This document shows, piece by piece, positions 37,653 to 52,600 of a stretch of 64,000 nt of DNA. Origin of the DNA: Vitrella brassicaformis CCMP3155. Lineage: Eukaryota; Protista; Chromerida. The notes beneath the pieces are model-generated. The model did no database searches. It was not told the origin of the DNA and saw only the letters and a program-made list of their open reading frames with translations. Position numbers and translations under genes: made by a program. Location: positions 148,527 to 212,526 of the forward strand of contig CDMY01000013.1 in the NCBI GenBank assembly GCA_001179505.1, given 5' to 3'. Every line of letters begins with the position of its first letter. Within the stretch, counting starts at the first letter, position 1.

Positions 37653-40600
37653 TCACCAGAAGGCCTCACGTTCCTCCACGTCCCTCAAGTCCCTCGCAAT
37701 CTCGCTCGGGTTGTTCTCATACATATGCACATATATCAACAGATGGGGCAGCCTCTTGAGCACCCAGTCCACTCGTGTGCTGTTCCTCGCCTCTATCAGC
37801 AGCCACCACACAACCAACATCCACACCAAAGGAATCACCGTCTCGAGGACGAGCAGCGACAGCACAAAGCGGAACCACCTGTCGGCGGCCGACGGGTTGG
37901 CGGAGAATTGAAGGAAGAAGGCAAGGAAGGCCAGTGAAGTGATCAGGAAGCATATCCACAAGATACGGATGACACGGTCCCGACACATCCACGCGCGATG
38001 GACGGAGTCCTACAGGGGAGACACGTGCACGTATGTCCATGTCTGTGCTCCGCGGTTGTTTCTTCTCGTCTTTTCTCACCTTGAGCTTTTCGTCTGTGTC
38101 TGCGTCAGGCGCGTATGTTGGCACTTTGACTGCCCACCACTTGACAAACAGCTTAAGAACTTCCGCGATCATCGACGCCACGAGGAGGAAGCACAGGTCT
38201 GACATAGTAACACGGAAGCCCCACAAGACACCTGCGAGACACGACAGCGAGACATGAGCATGCATATATATATCCATCAAGTCGTGCGCTACCCTCCTTA
38301 CCTGCGTCTTCCGTCAAGAAGGCAAGGCTTTCCCCCAGAGTTCCCTTGTACACCTCGACAAACAGCCCGATGTCGAGAGTTAGGAGGAACTTGAACACCA
38401 GGAGCAGATCGTGCAGCACGTGTGGGGCCTGCAGCGAGGGGATGAAGCACTGGCCCCATGGGTGATGCTTGCAGACGACACTGCAAAACAGCCAGAAAGA
38501 GTGCAGACCCAACACCCTGGGAACCACCGAGACAAAAGACAGACACGAAGATGAGACACATACATTGCACAGTGTCTGCCTTCCAGCCGGACACCTACCT
38601 GAATCGGCAAATGAGCCGATTGAGCTCCATTTTCTTCATCTCCACGAAAAACTGCTGCTTGGCGTCCTTCTTGGCCACCGTCACATTATCCGTCTCAATG
38701 GTCACCCCCGTTCGCATTGACGGCTGCTTCGCCGACGCTCGTCCAGCCATCTGCTCGGCACCTACAAGCTGCCTGAGTGTCTTGAGCATCTGCACCCGAG
38801 GGCGTGCCTTAAGCGATGTGGCCAGGGAATGGGTGAGGTAGCCGCGACGAGAGAGAAAACACCGGAGGTTGCGCTCTTCATGCAGGTCGGCCACTGGACA
38901 GTAGGCAAGGTGTGAGATGGACAGAGCAATGATGAGAGCGAAGGAAGGCAAATCGATTGGTCTTACCAAATCTTTGTGCTGCGTCAAGGTCACTGATACA
39001 GAATCGAACCGTCTGGCAGCCGAAGGCCTCCGTCTCGACAACTCCCGCGTCTGCCTCCATCTCCTCTTCCCCGACTCGTAAGAGCCTTGTGCGCTTCTGT
39101 TCTGCCGACTCACGAATGTTCCGCGCAAGAGGCGGGTCATTCCACTGGTTCATCACACGCATCCTCTCGGTCTTATAGTGCACGTCCAGGATGATGTGTG
39201 CAGGCAGCCGGAGGATCGGCGCCTGCAGGTCCACTGCTATGTCGCTCTCCTCAATCACCTCGGCCTCCACTATATCACTCCAGCGGATGTAGCCCACTAC
39301 CAGAAGCTGTGACTGCATTGCTACAGCCATTTGCTGGCGGACGGGTGACGGTTTCGGGCCATTGTCCTCATCGAACTCCTCAAAGCCCTCGAGCACTCTC
39401 TCTCGTCCCTCCTCGCTTTCATCCCGGTCTGACATCGACTGTGTCTCTTGTTCGTCTGCGGATGCCCGCCTTGACTTGTGACTCACGCCACTTGGCTGTC
39501 GCGTATGGAACAAGTCCGCCAGGCCACTGATAGCGATCAGTGGGCGTGTCCCGCTGGCGTAAGGCTTGACGTCTTCGGATGGTGGCTTGGACGCTCTCTT
39601 TGCCTTGGGCCGCTGTTCGTGTCTGGGAGGCGGGACGGCGTTCTTGCCTGAGACGGGCACTTCGATGACCAGGCCAATGGACCGAAGAGACAGCAGACAT
39701 CGCTGGAAGCTGGTCAATGCAACAGAAAACACAATCGTCGGATGAAGCAAGCACTCTCTGCCCGTTGCTGCTGCCTTACTCTTCTGTCCCGTCATCTTGC
39801 ATGGTCGCTGCCACCCAACCGTCCATGTCTAAGCTCCCAGCCTCCTTCTCACCAGCTTCAATCTCACCAACCTCGCCCTCATCATCGGCACCCCCACCAG
39901 TCCTCCCTGACGCAGCCTTGAGGGCAGCAGGCAGCGTCTTTTCCTCCTCCACGAAGCGACGAATGGCTTTAATGGTCTCTTCCGTCAATCCCAGCCGGGC
40001 GGTCTCGTCTGTTTCTCCTCGCACGATGTGGTGTGCGTGGACGGCAGCCATCTTGGACAGCCATGGCTCGTCTCTGTTGGTCATCCGGTTGGCTTCCCAG
40101 ACTGAGTCGGAGGCCGAGAACACGGCGCTGTCCACGGACGGGAGCAGCCGCTGGAGTTGGGCTTGTTCGCGCAGGAATAGGCGACGCTGGAACTTGACCA
40201 ATGCCTCCTGCTTGGACTTCTGAGGGGCTGCGGCGCCCATCGCCTTCAGCGTGTCTCCAAGAAGAAAGTCAGCCCGTCTCCGGGATGCAATGCGGTCCTC
40301 TTTCTCAGCCGGGCCGAAGGAAGGCATTGGTGGTGCATGTGTCCCAATATCAACGCCGTCGTCGAAGAACTTGCGCGCCTCTGTATCCGTGATGACTGTC
40401 ACGACTTCTTCTGTCTCCCTGTCTTCTTCCTTGCTCTCCTCCCGCGCTTCCTCTCCCCCTTCCTCTCCTTCATGCCCCGATTCTGCTTCAGACGATTCTG
40501 CTGTGCCCAGACAAGGCTGTGTGGGGCTGGATAGCCCAACCATGGAGCCCCGGCGGGCCCTTGGAGGCACCGCTGTCTCCTTCCCTCCATCCGCCTCCGG

Positions 40601-43600
40601 CAATGGTCGATGAGAAGTGAGATCAGTAAAAACAGCTGTCTCTTGCTTTTCCGGGACAATAGACGTCCCCTTGGACTCTCCGGTGGGTTGCTTGGCCAAC
40701 ACTGACGAGCGCCTTCTACTTCCAGCGACGCTGCCCCTTCGTTGCGGAGAAAGGTCAACCACCAAGCTCTCCATCAGGTGTTCATCTTCGTCCCTCGAAG
40801 CAGCCGACCTTTCGCTGACTTCCTCCGTCTGCTTGCTTCCCTTTGAAGCCATTGATGCTAGCTGCTTGAGCATCACACTCGCCCGCCTGAAGGTAGAGCC
40901 CCGAGAGACCGACGACAGCCGCCGCTGTTGGTCGATGACTGAGCCTCGCCGGCCACTCGGCTTCTTAATGTCTGCAGCGCCCGGCAGCTCCCCAGGTCCT
41001 TCCTCTGCGTCTCCCAAGGCGATCGTCACTCCCGTCTCGCGTCTGTCCAGGTCTTTTCTGCTGCTCTTCTGAGTTTCAGTCACTGAAGGAGCCGCTTGCT
41101 CGTCCGGCTCAGACTGCGGTGGGGATGGGGGGGGGGGCGCGCCGTGCACACCATGCCGCAAGAGGGGGAGCCGCCCGTGTGTGGGAAACTCAATGTCCTC
41201 GCTCCTGTCTGTCCCAACATGACCCGAGTGCGCCACGAGGCCGCGCGTTGCAGGGGCAGGGCTGCCGCGGGTTGCCGGGACAGATTGGAACATTTGCAAT
41301 GACTCAGTGACCCCTAGGAGACCAGCACGGTAGGAGAGGTAGCATGCCTGGATGTAGGTGGCTGAGCGCTCGGCGCGGCGAAGGTAGGCCAGAAGCATGA
41401 CGCGCGACCAGAGATTTGCTAAGGACAGAACGAAGGGGGAAACGTGACATGATGTGCACATTTCAGGCTTCTTCTCTTCTCACCTGTAAAGGCCTCTGTC
41501 CTATTCAGCAACAGGAAGAGGGACGTCCCGAATGAGAAAGCGAATTTCCTCAGGATGCGAAGGTCCAGCGCCAGCCTGGATATTTTGCTGTCACGGCTCC
41601 GCATGACCTTGGCGCGGTACTCGCGGAGCGCCTGCTCTGTCTTCTCCACTGCGAGACACAGCTTCAGCACCTGCTGGGCCGTAAGGGTCTCACCGGTGCG
41701 CTCATAGTGGCCTTCGACGATCTGAAGGGACATAAGGTGGAAATGGCATGGCAGAATTTCTCTCTTTGCCCCTCCTCTCAGTACGTCATGGATTGAGACA
41801 GGGCTGAATCGGTGAAGGATGCCCGCGAATGACTTCAGCGACCAGCTTTCCTCTTCGCCAGCGCCCTCCTTGGCTGACAGCTGCAAATACTGCAGAGACG
41901 ACCGACGGACGCAGCTACAGAGATTGAAGAGCTTCAGAATGGGATAAACTGCGCGCGCTTTTCTCCATATATGGACACAGCAGCTTCGGGGCTCGCTCTC
42001 CTGTTGGAAGAACAGACAGTGATAGGGACAGTGTGGAAGCAGAGGCCATTTGTCATGCTCACTGCTCGAAAGAAGTACTTGTCGACCAACTCGGTGTTTC
42101 TGACCTGAAATGCCCCGTCTCTGTTACATCACCGATGACGACAAACATGAATGCCCTTCGGTGCACAGAGGACTCCCTACTTGGTAATAACGAGCAGCAG
42201 GCCCATGACAATGGTGGCAATGATGGCCAACAGCATGAAGAACCCATTGTTCATCGGATTCAGTATCGTCTCGACTACCAAACTCTCCACGAAATACGTC
42301 TCATAGCGATGTATGGCCTCGCCAACCCCCATGACCTCCCAGAAGCCCCCAGCTCCGCCCCGGCTTATCTCATGTTGACATCCATAAGTGTACCCGGCCG
42401 CACTTACGCTCAGCACTCGGCAGCCCAGTGCTGCCCACTGACCTTTGGATGGCAGCCATCTTCTGCAACGAGGCAGGTTGAGCGAAGTCGAAGAAGGGGC
42501 CATGAAGGTCGAGTTCAGGATCGATGGCATGGCGATCAGTGTGGGGAGGATGTGGGCGCGGAAGGGAAGGTCAACAAAGATTGCCATGTATGTAATGGGA
42601 GCCTGGAGCGTCGTGCTGGATGACGCGAAGACAGAGAAAGGAGACATTCATTATGTCTCGTAGCGATGACGCGCATGTCTCCTCCAGCTTACGGAGTGTA
42701 ATCATCCAGAAATATCGCGAGATCCATCTCAACAATCGGAGTCAGCGCCTCTCCCTCCCCGATAGCAAACATACTGTTGTTCGTAACGCTTCCTTCTTTC
42801 GCTGCCCCATGATAGTCTACACCTTCTCGATCCACAAGCTGCCCATAGGGATTCTCCATACCCCAAAGAGTCGTCACCCCACCGAAATCCATCACAGCCT
42901 CTGGCCGCAGCGTCAGTTCATCTGTCACCTTAGCCTTCTGCACTGATGAGTAGACGGGGGGCGGGGACACACGTGTTGTCTCGTTGGTGAAGAGCGAGCC
43001 GAGCGGCACACTGATGTGGAATCCGTCGGCCCAATAAGTAATAGGTGACGGCGACTGAATAGAGAAGGGGAAGTAGCGCGGCAGGGGGGTAGATGGGAAG
43101 CCGCGGTCTATGAGTGTGGGAAGCGGGAAGCGTCTGGGTGGAAGCTTCTCAGCGGTTGTGAAGAGACGCAGGGAGGGAAGGTTCTTATTGAGGTAGTCTG
43201 CGAGATACCACACATCTTCAGAAGAGAGGGGCGTCTCCCATAGCTGGCTGATGTTCTCAGGGACGTGAGACACGAGCAGCGTCACTGTAGGACCAGCAAT
43301 CTGGTAGAACGAAAAGAGAAGTGCCAGACCATGACAGTATTGCGATGGCACCGAATGACCCACCGTCATCCCTTGAATCCTGTCGCCTCCCTGCAGGCGT
43401 CTCGTGGCCGGTGCATTCGTCGCCGCCTCCTTTTTGGCGCGCAGGTCGTCCCCCAGGCCCATGAGCAGGCCCCGGACCATGATCTCATGCAGCTCCTTGC
43501 GGCGAGTGCTGTTGTAGAGACCCGCAGAGTGGGCGAAGAGCGACGCATGCGTCGCTGCAGACTTGGTGTACGATACACTACCAGAGCCAGAGTAGACTCG

Positions 43601-46600
43601 TCGCCAGTAGTCAAACAGCTGCAAGCGACACAGTGTCACATTCTGTTGTCGCCTTCCCCCTTCCGGATCGCACCTGTAGGCTGAGATCGATCTCGTCCTG
43701 GCAGACGAAGGCCCCTGACACCACGGCAGCCGCCATCATTGTGGAAATCTGCAGCGCCTCCTGCGCCACGCTGTCATCGCCCTCGATTAGGGACGCTGTC
43801 TGGACACCTGAGGCGATGTACCGATCGGGTGGGCTGCCACCGCGAGGCACGAAAACATCCTGAGGTACCAACAGAGGTACGATTGCCTAACCTGCGCCTC
43901 TATGGCTGACCTCGAGTCGTTTGATTGCCTCCAGAAATGCTCTTGCGAGCGCTGGGTGCTCCTCAAAGGTGATGGGAGGCGTCTGACCTCTCAAGCTCTG
44001 GAGGGAAATCCACAAGCGGTTCTTCAGGTCCGTGAATGACATGGATGTCTCGCGCAGCAGAGCAAGATACGTCAACAGTTCATTGATCCCCTCTTCAGTG
44101 GCATTCAGCACCGGGACTGAGATATTGACCTGCAGACAACGGAGCACTCAATAAGTTCCCCCCGGGCGACGTGCCACACCACACGCACCTGTTCGGACAA
44201 GACATATTCGCTCTTTTCCCCAAAGACATCTGCCGCCTGCCCCACCACCCACACATGAGCCGTCTCACCCGCCGGAACGACAGGCACACCAAAATCGAAA
44301 GCATCGAATGGGATCGGAACAAAGCGATGGTTCGATCCTGCCCACGCCGAGAGGAGTGCAGGTGTCTGGCCTGGTGGAAGCTGTCCTGCGAGCAGGCTTG
44401 ATGTGGCGTAGAAAGAGTAGGAGAGAGGCAGATCAGGGTCGTGAATCTGTGCACATAGAAGAGTAATCTGTGTGAATGTGTCCGATTTTGCTTCTCTCTC
44501 GCACCTGATCCATTGTGATATCGAAATCAGTCTGCAGCCCACTCGACCATGCCACATGCTCTCGAACAAGTAACCGTCCCTCAGTTGGCCCCGCATTCAC
44601 CCGAATGCCATCCACCCTTGTTTCAAACTGTCCACTTCCTCCCGCAAGCCCTTTCAGCCGCAATCCATATTCTCCCGTAGGCAAGACGTCGATGTGCCAC
44701 ACCAGTACCCTCATGGTGTACTTCCTTTCATCTACAAGGCCGCTCACTTCGTTCATCACTGTGAGTGTCGATTCCCTTGTCTCCACATCGGAAAGAAGCG
44801 GGACGAGCGTTCCGTTGCTGGCCGAATAGGTCGTGAGAGTAGGATGAGGCACGTTAGTGATACTTGCTTGGCAGAGGGAGGACGAGAGAGTCGTGAGACA
44901 GACACGGAAGGGAGAGGGCGGTATGGGTCCTTTGGTGCTGTCCGAAGAGGCTGTAAGGATGGCTGTCGAGTTGACAGGTGTACCTTGGTAGAGGCGGGTG
45001 GCTGCAATAGAGAGAAAAAAGCATACAAAGCGAGACATGTGATTCAGGTAGGTCATTATGCGCTTGCCTGCATATGCGGCGCCCGACGCAATGCCTGACT
45101 GGCGATGGACGATTGTCAGCTCGAACAAGAGTGTCAGGACGCGCATCGGGACATCGTACTGCGGAAACTGCAGTATGTGATCCGGAACGACCGCTTCAAG
45201 CGAGTTCTGGGCGTTGAGAAGCTCTTCAGCCGACTCATAGGTGGTGTTGCTGTTCGTCAGGCATGGGTACAGGTTGATGTCGTCAAGGGAGTCGACTATG
45301 CGGGCAAGTACGACAGGATTGCTGATATTGACGGATGACAAGACCGCCAGGACGTAGCAGCGCCATCTGCGAAACACAGAGACACATGCGCGTAGAGGCG
45401 TCATCTGCTGGATTCTGTTTCAATCACCTAAAGTCATATGTCTCGGGCGACAGCTGCACTCGTGTCGCGTCTCCGTCCTGTTCCGCTGTGGTCCCATTGA
45501 CAGTGGGCGTAGAATTACCCTGCTGCGGCAAGAACGACTGACTTCCATCCATCAGCAGAGGACACTCCACGGCCGCTTCTGATGCCACCTTAAGCACTGC
45601 TACCGGCACTTTCGGTGCCACTGTGATGTGATACATCACAAGCCCCCAGGGATGGAAGCCATCAGGTCCTTCTCACCGTGGTTTGCAGGTGATGTGATAG
45701 TCGCCGACGGGAAGGGAGCTTCCCGGGATGGAAATGGCAGTCTGAGCGTCGTTGAGGGCGAACATGGACAAATCACCTATGTCCGGGAGGCCTCCAAGAG
45801 AGGACAGCACGTGCAGATCCCAGCCTAGCACCACCTTGCTCCCGTTGACATGCAGCTGATCATCGCATGAGATGTCTTGTATTGGCGTTTCTGGAGGCGT
45901 CTCGGGGACGGCGTGTACACGAACAGCCAGGCTGACTGGTTCTGTGGGGTCGATTGTCTGCTCAGATGGCTGGAGCGGCTCAATGTGAGCAGCACACTTC
46001 GGGAACATTCTTGTTCTGGTCATGAAATAAAAAGTCGCCGACTGTTGAGACAGGTAGCTATGCGTTGTCAGAAGGAAGAGGAGGCTAACAGTGCAAGAGA
46101 CACCCAACAAGGACCGAGACCCATGCACGTGACACTTCTCATTCTTCATTGCAACTCCGTCCAGTCACTCACCTGACTTCGGATTCTGTTTGGTTTGTAT
46201 TCATGCCAGCTTCCTTCATCGCTGTCCCGATCGCCAGATACGCCACTTGTCGCCCGTTATACTCGTCCAACATCCGCTGTATAACAGCCGTCAGATTCCT
46301 CATCAGCGGATCGTCGGCCGTGCTTGGAGGGTCCCACGGACTTAAGTAGTCTTTCTCGGACCTGACGATGGTCCATGTGTAGTTGAGGGACCGAATGCCA
46401 GCCCCCCGGCTAGCTGAAGCGTCAAAGATGACTTGGCCACCACAGCCAACGAACTGAGGGTATGTCACCTGAGGCAATACGCAGACGGACGTCTGCAAGA
46501 GTAGCGCTTTTTGTACTCAATGTACCTTTGCAGCTGTGGCGATGAATCTCTCTGGCGGCTCTGGAAGGCTCATAGGCACTGTCTGCTCTTCATTCTCGGG

Positions 46601-49600
46601 CATGGCAAACGTGTCCAGGCTGGACAGGCCCGAGCCACTGCTTGTGGCATTGTCGGCCAAAGGACCCCTTCTTGCTGCGTCGGGGTCCCAGTTGACCGCG
46701 TGAGGCGTGACTGTCACAAGTGTTTGCCTTATTAGGGTGAGGGACATGCCAGGGAGGACCGCGGCGTCTTGATCGAAAGAGATTCTGAGACGTCGGTCAC
46801 TGATCAATGTGGACCTGAGGGAGCAGAGCGCGATGGGTGAAAGAAACGGATGGGAAGCAGCTTGTTGGTGCGTTGACTGTGTATGATTTTACGTGGATGA
46901 TTTGCCAAATAGCTCAGAAGCGTCTTCGAAGAGTTGCGATGATGGAACCGTGCGTGTCTCCTTTTGCACTGAGCTTATCACGAATTCTGCCGGCTGGGCA
47001 AGCACTGCCGTCAGCGAAGTGCCCTTGGGGTCAAACGATACCCTCTGCATACATACAGACAACAATCGTGTCTGTCCAGCACACATGCACATACGCCGTT
47101 CCACTGTTAGACCTCGAAATTGGGCGGATGGACCGTGAAGCACAATTCATCACCACTCTCCCTCTCTGCATAGTCCCGACAGCCCAACACAGGCGGCTGC
47201 ACATTCGTCACGTTGCACGAGTAACACAGCACAGGGGTGGTCCTGGGCGGTGCCTCCACAATGCCACAGATGAAGGCGCCAAAGCTTTCGTAGTAGGAGG
47301 GCGACCCTCCACAGGCGACAACGCAGTCAGACTTGTGCACTGGGACGATCATGCCCGTCTTGGGCGATGGACGACGATCCGTCTCATTGATAATGATGTC
47401 ACCACCCGGGTTTCCTTCTCCCGGAATTGGGACTAATGGTGCCTCAGTGGGGACCACTTCTGTCTCTTCATCTTCTCTTTCTTCCAGATGAGAAATGTCA
47501 ACGGTCTCCTCCCTCAGTGTGCAACTCCATCCCTGCTCAACGCGACACGCCGGCGAGCACCCGTCACCTCCAAAGCTATCCTGGCCTTCGCATTGCTCCG
47601 TTGATGTGAGCAGCAGGTTGCCGCACGCTGTCCTACAAACGGATGGCTGCGAGGAGTCGCAGGTGTAGCCGAGCTCGATGCGACACGTCGGTGAGCATCC
47701 ATCGCCCGCTCGCTGATTCTCGTCATCGCCTGCAGGAAGAATAATCACAAGCTTACTAACTCTTGTCCCGTCGAGTGACATGCGTGTGCGTGAGTGTGTC
47801 CTGTAGATGAGTACATTCTTCGTCTCCTTTGACCTTCCCATCTCCACAAAGGGGAAGGATTTGCACTTTGCTCACGAGAGGCGAGGCGGCCGGTCCCTGG
47901 TTGGGGATGTGCACGAGACGATAGCCGTCCTCGATGGTGCACTGCGCCGAGCACCCGTCGCCATCTTGGGGAGGCATCTGTACGCACACAGTCGGCAGGA
48001 CAAGCAATTGGTGTCCGAGTTTGTGTGATGGCGTTGCTGGCTACCATGCCTTGGTCGCATTCTTCGTGCGGCCCCGTCACAATACCATCCCCGCACCTCT
48101 GGCTGCCAGTAGCGCGCACGACACCGATGTCTACCACCTGTGAGACACAGCATCATGCTTATAAGGATGATTCACCTGCTGTCCATCCACCTCTGTGGGC
48201 TGTGACGGAAGCATCCAACATACGCGATACGAAGTATAGGGGCCCCCAAGCCCCCAAGTCGTGATCTGCATGTCTTCGGGGAGGCGGATGAGCAACCGAT
48301 TGATCATCTGAATCGAAAACTCCGTCGTTGGCTCTTGCACTTGGTCGACCAGAATAGGCTGCTCTAGTGGCATTTCTCTTCCTGATGCGCTCCGGCGGTA
48401 CCAATGGTCTCTGACCAGCTGCGCCTTCTCCCGGAGGTGTGTCTCGATGTCGGCCGCTGAGGGATCGGTGAGGTTCTCAGGATGACACATTTCTTCCGAT
48501 GGCCCCACCAAGAAGAGAGGCCCCGGGATGATGTATATGCGGGCAGTCGAGGTCAGAAATGAGCCACGAATGGGAAGCGTAAAGAGTTCCTCAATTCGAA
48601 ACTCCCAGAGCTGCGAACGAAAGCATACATCTACGTGAGGAAGAGCCTGCACATTTGCATGCCTCTCACCTGTTGCTCATACGGAGCTAGTAGCACAAAT
48701 TCGCCCGCATCTAAGACTATCGACTTTGGGTCAGTGCAGTTGGCATTGGTAAGTGTGGCGGGGTCAAGGGGTTCGGCTGAGTTGAGGTCAGACACAAGTG
48801 GAAAAGAGATGCCGCTGGAACAGTAACATACCTGTTTGCCCCAAGACAATACAACCTTAGGTGACACACACACGCAGACTGAAGCGACTTACCTTTTTCA
48901 GGAAGGGTTCCTTCATGATTGTGTCATTGCGGCCGAGGCGAAAGTGAGCCAGCCAAAACATCCCTTCGTCTGTCTTACTGTAGATGACCTTCATGTCGCG
49001 AGACACGGACCTGATGGTCTCATTAGGAGCCAACCCGATCACCGTTTTGTTCAGATAGTCCCCACAGGCATATGCAGGATCAACTATCTAAGACACGACA
49101 CATTGACAATCGGTTCACCGAGCTTGTCACCTAGATGACTATCTCTTGCATGCGCAACAGTTTTCTTCTCACCTGGATGGTGTCAATGTTTCCCATGGCG
49201 TATCCTTTGACAGCCATATGGCACTCCCGCTGCCGAACACACACGAAGAACTCGCCGCCCACAGGGCCGCCGACAACCACCGTGCCCCCGATCTGCTGGA
49301 AGTCACGAGCCTTTTCGCAGCCCCTTCCAGGTTCTTCGACCAGATAGTTCTGTCGGGGCGGTTGCGGGCAGTAGCAAATCTGGGCACACAGAGCAAACCC
49401 AAATGGGTGCCTCATTCGCAGCTGAGTATTGTACTGTTGCAATTTATCCCTCACGGTGAAGTCGCCCGGCGTCTTGGCCCTTCCGAGCTGGTAGGTGTTA
49501 TTGTACCAATCATAGATCAGGTCGCTGCTGTCGAAAAGCTTGGCGGGAATGGCAAGCCGCGACCCTTCTGGGGGATTATCGAAGTCATCGAGTGCCGGTG

Positions 49601-52600
49601 GGTCACAAATGCCGCAGACTTGTCCGTGAGCGCACAAGCGCACGTGGTCCGTCCTTCTCATGCTGTAGCCCGTCACTTGGATTCGACAAGGCTCCCCGCC
49701 CCGACATGCATGCACCTGCCAGTGAAACGGGCCTGAAAGGAGGCCACGACTTGGTAATTCCGCCCGTCGGGGCATCTCTGTGGACCTACCTCTGCATATG
49801 AGTCGGCCCAGCTCGATGTGTGTCTTGAAGTTTCCGATCGTCAGCCGTGTCTCATCCAGATGCCTCAGTGCGTCATGGTCAGCTGAGCCATTAGGCAGCC
49901 GGGCCGGGATCACCGTATTGTTATAGGTGTAGCACACGCCCAAGACAGAGGCTTGGAGGGGCGGATTGAAGGAGAACGTTGCATGTGTCTGATTAGAAGA
50001 TGTGGCCTGAAGGACTTAAAGGAAGCAATGAATAACGATTCATCAGTACATGCCATGTCTCCTTCTCACAACGACGGGATTGTCCCGCGGGAAGACGTCA
50101 TGGTCGGAATCAATGAAGGGGACCGAGCAGTCGAAGCGTGCCACCGACGGGGGGAACTCGCCAGTCGCATCGACTACCGATGGCACTAACGTGATGATTT
50201 GGGCCTCTGTCTTCTGCAGATTGAAGCCTGCCACCTCCACTTCACAGCTGTATCCCCAGTTGCAGATGTATGTCGGCTGCTCGCGGATGTACTTGCCCTC
50301 CGGACCTGTTCCAGGAATGAGAGCAGCGAAAGGAGGGGGGGGGACCAAGGCCAGATACTGAGAGAATGAAGCGGAAGACGATGTCTTTATGTTACCTGCT
50401 ACGTGAATCGTGCCAGCGTCTTGGTCGAAGTGCGCCGTGCCGTTGCATGAGTAGAAAGTGGATTGGCAGTAGCACACCTGCACCGTGCGACAGCTCATGT
50501 CTCACGGCACGAACTCCAACTCACTTTTGTGCCGTCTTTTTGACTGACCTACGTACTTTGAATCGAAAATCGCCTCCCTTGTTCTCGCCACCTGGGCGAG
50601 AAATTCCACTCTGTTCCTTCCGTGTTCCATATTCATGTCTCCCTTACCGCAGTCGCCATCTAGTGGGCACAGATCCCTGAAAATCAGCTCTTCGCCAGAG
50701 CACCCACCACCAGGGCTGCAAAGAGTGAAAGAGGATGCCATCCATGAACATAGTCACCGTGTTAATGTTAGAGCCAGCCATCGTCGCTCGTCCAGCTGAC
50801 CAGTCGAAGCAGCTCCACGAGCACAAGTCCACAAGCCTTCCCTGATAGTAGATGTTCGTGCACCAAGAGCAAGCGCCTCCCATATACACGTAGTTGCCAA
50901 AGATGCATGTTGTCTCATCCAGCTGCCAACACGGACCTGAGACCAAAGCCGGCCAGTCAGTCAGGTTGAGCATGCTTGCAGATAAGTGCAGTCACCTCCG
51001 AACGTCTTGTAGGTGTCTATCGCTGAGAAGGAGAACACTTGGTAGTCGCTGTCGTTAGAGTGGATGATCGGTGAAGCATAGACGGGGAAATGGTCCGAGA
51101 TCTGCGGCGGCCAGGTGCTGGGATCCACACTGCCGCACTGTGCTTATGCACAGCGAGACATCAGCCAGTCAAATCTTCGTCACTGACTGGAAAGCTGTCT
51201 TATTGTCTCACTCGGCTCGTCTCGGGCACCACTTGGACCCTGCTGCTGTCCAAGAGCTCCTCCCTAAACAAGCAATACAGTAAGCACACAAGATGCCTCT
51301 CTTTTGTCTGTCCTGGTGGCTTGCCGACCCTCTGAGCAGAAAGACACAGTCGCTATTCTCACGATGGCAAAAGAAACTCAAATCGGCGTACACGCCTGAA
51401 TGGGCGACATGCATCGATGACATACTGATAGATACATGACGATTGATTCATGCATACCTCCCAGGGTCAGCTCCCCCACATCGAAGAGATAGTCACTCTC
51501 AGACAGACTCAGCTCAGTGGGCGGGCACCAGCATAAGCGATATGAGCCCGGTTCAGGTTTCTTGTTCTCCAGACGGGCGTCAAACCCATACACTCCTGCA
51601 GGGGCGACCATCGGCACAGCTGTCGCGTTGCCTGGCCTCTCGTGCCGCAGCAGGGCAGCACTGCGGATGCCAACTGCAGGAGTGTGGGTGTGAGGGGCGG
51701 CGCAAACAGTGTCGTTCTGATAGGCCTGCGGGGACGGACGTTGTGGCAGAGCCATGCGAGAGAGACATCACATCGATGGTAAGGGCTCTCCCACCTTGAT
51801 CATTCCTCCTTTGCTGTGGCGAATGTCATCGCCTTCAATCGCTATGAAGCACCTATCTAGACCAGCCTGACTGCCGCATCTGACCGAGTTGCCGGCCTTC
51901 GGGCCTGAAAGCAGGGAGGCACAGTTGGATACGGACGCGCGACTACATTGAACAATGGCACTGCACTACTCCCTCACCGCCTACGAAGAGGTGCGCCATC
52001 AAGCTGTCGAAATGCGTCCCATCGTTGGCATCACAGACACCCCTGACGGCCCTTCGACAGAGACACACCACATATGAGCCCGCACCATAGTCGCTCCACT
52101 CCAGGCCGTCATACAGCGACTGCAGGCCCTCACTTGACGGGCGTCTCTTCCACGGCAGCCCCGTGTCTCTGCCGGGGTAGATGACAGATGGGTGGGATGT
52201 GTGTGACGCGGCTGCGCCACAGCCTGTGGATGCCTCCACGATGCTAATCAGGTCGCTGTCGGTCATGCGCGGGCACTGAGGAGACATGAGAGGTAAGTCG
52301 GCACACGGACAAGCTGGCTCGTGTGTTTACCGCTGCGTCTGTCTGGTTGTAGTCGATGGTGATATCGCCACTCTGCAGCAGCAGTGTGGTATTCGAGCCC
52401 ACCCAAGCATAACGAAGATTCGGCACGCCTGCATACATCAAACTATGCATACATACAAAGATCCAGCCGTCTTATCTACCTTTGACATAGACCAGCCCCA
52501 CAGGAATCCGGTAGTCAGTGGCATTCACAACACATCATTTCGAGCACTCCAGCACACGACATAGGTCATAAATCCGCCGCCCTGTGGCGTCCCTAAATCA

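Noticed and set aside
42177-42179. Stop codon ending the PKD1-like gene after TM1
   Set aside because: The TAG overlaps a GT donor (accaa|gtaggg). Splicing continues in frame (TKDGAFQVRNTELVDKYFFRA..ESEPRSCC) into the downstream exons.
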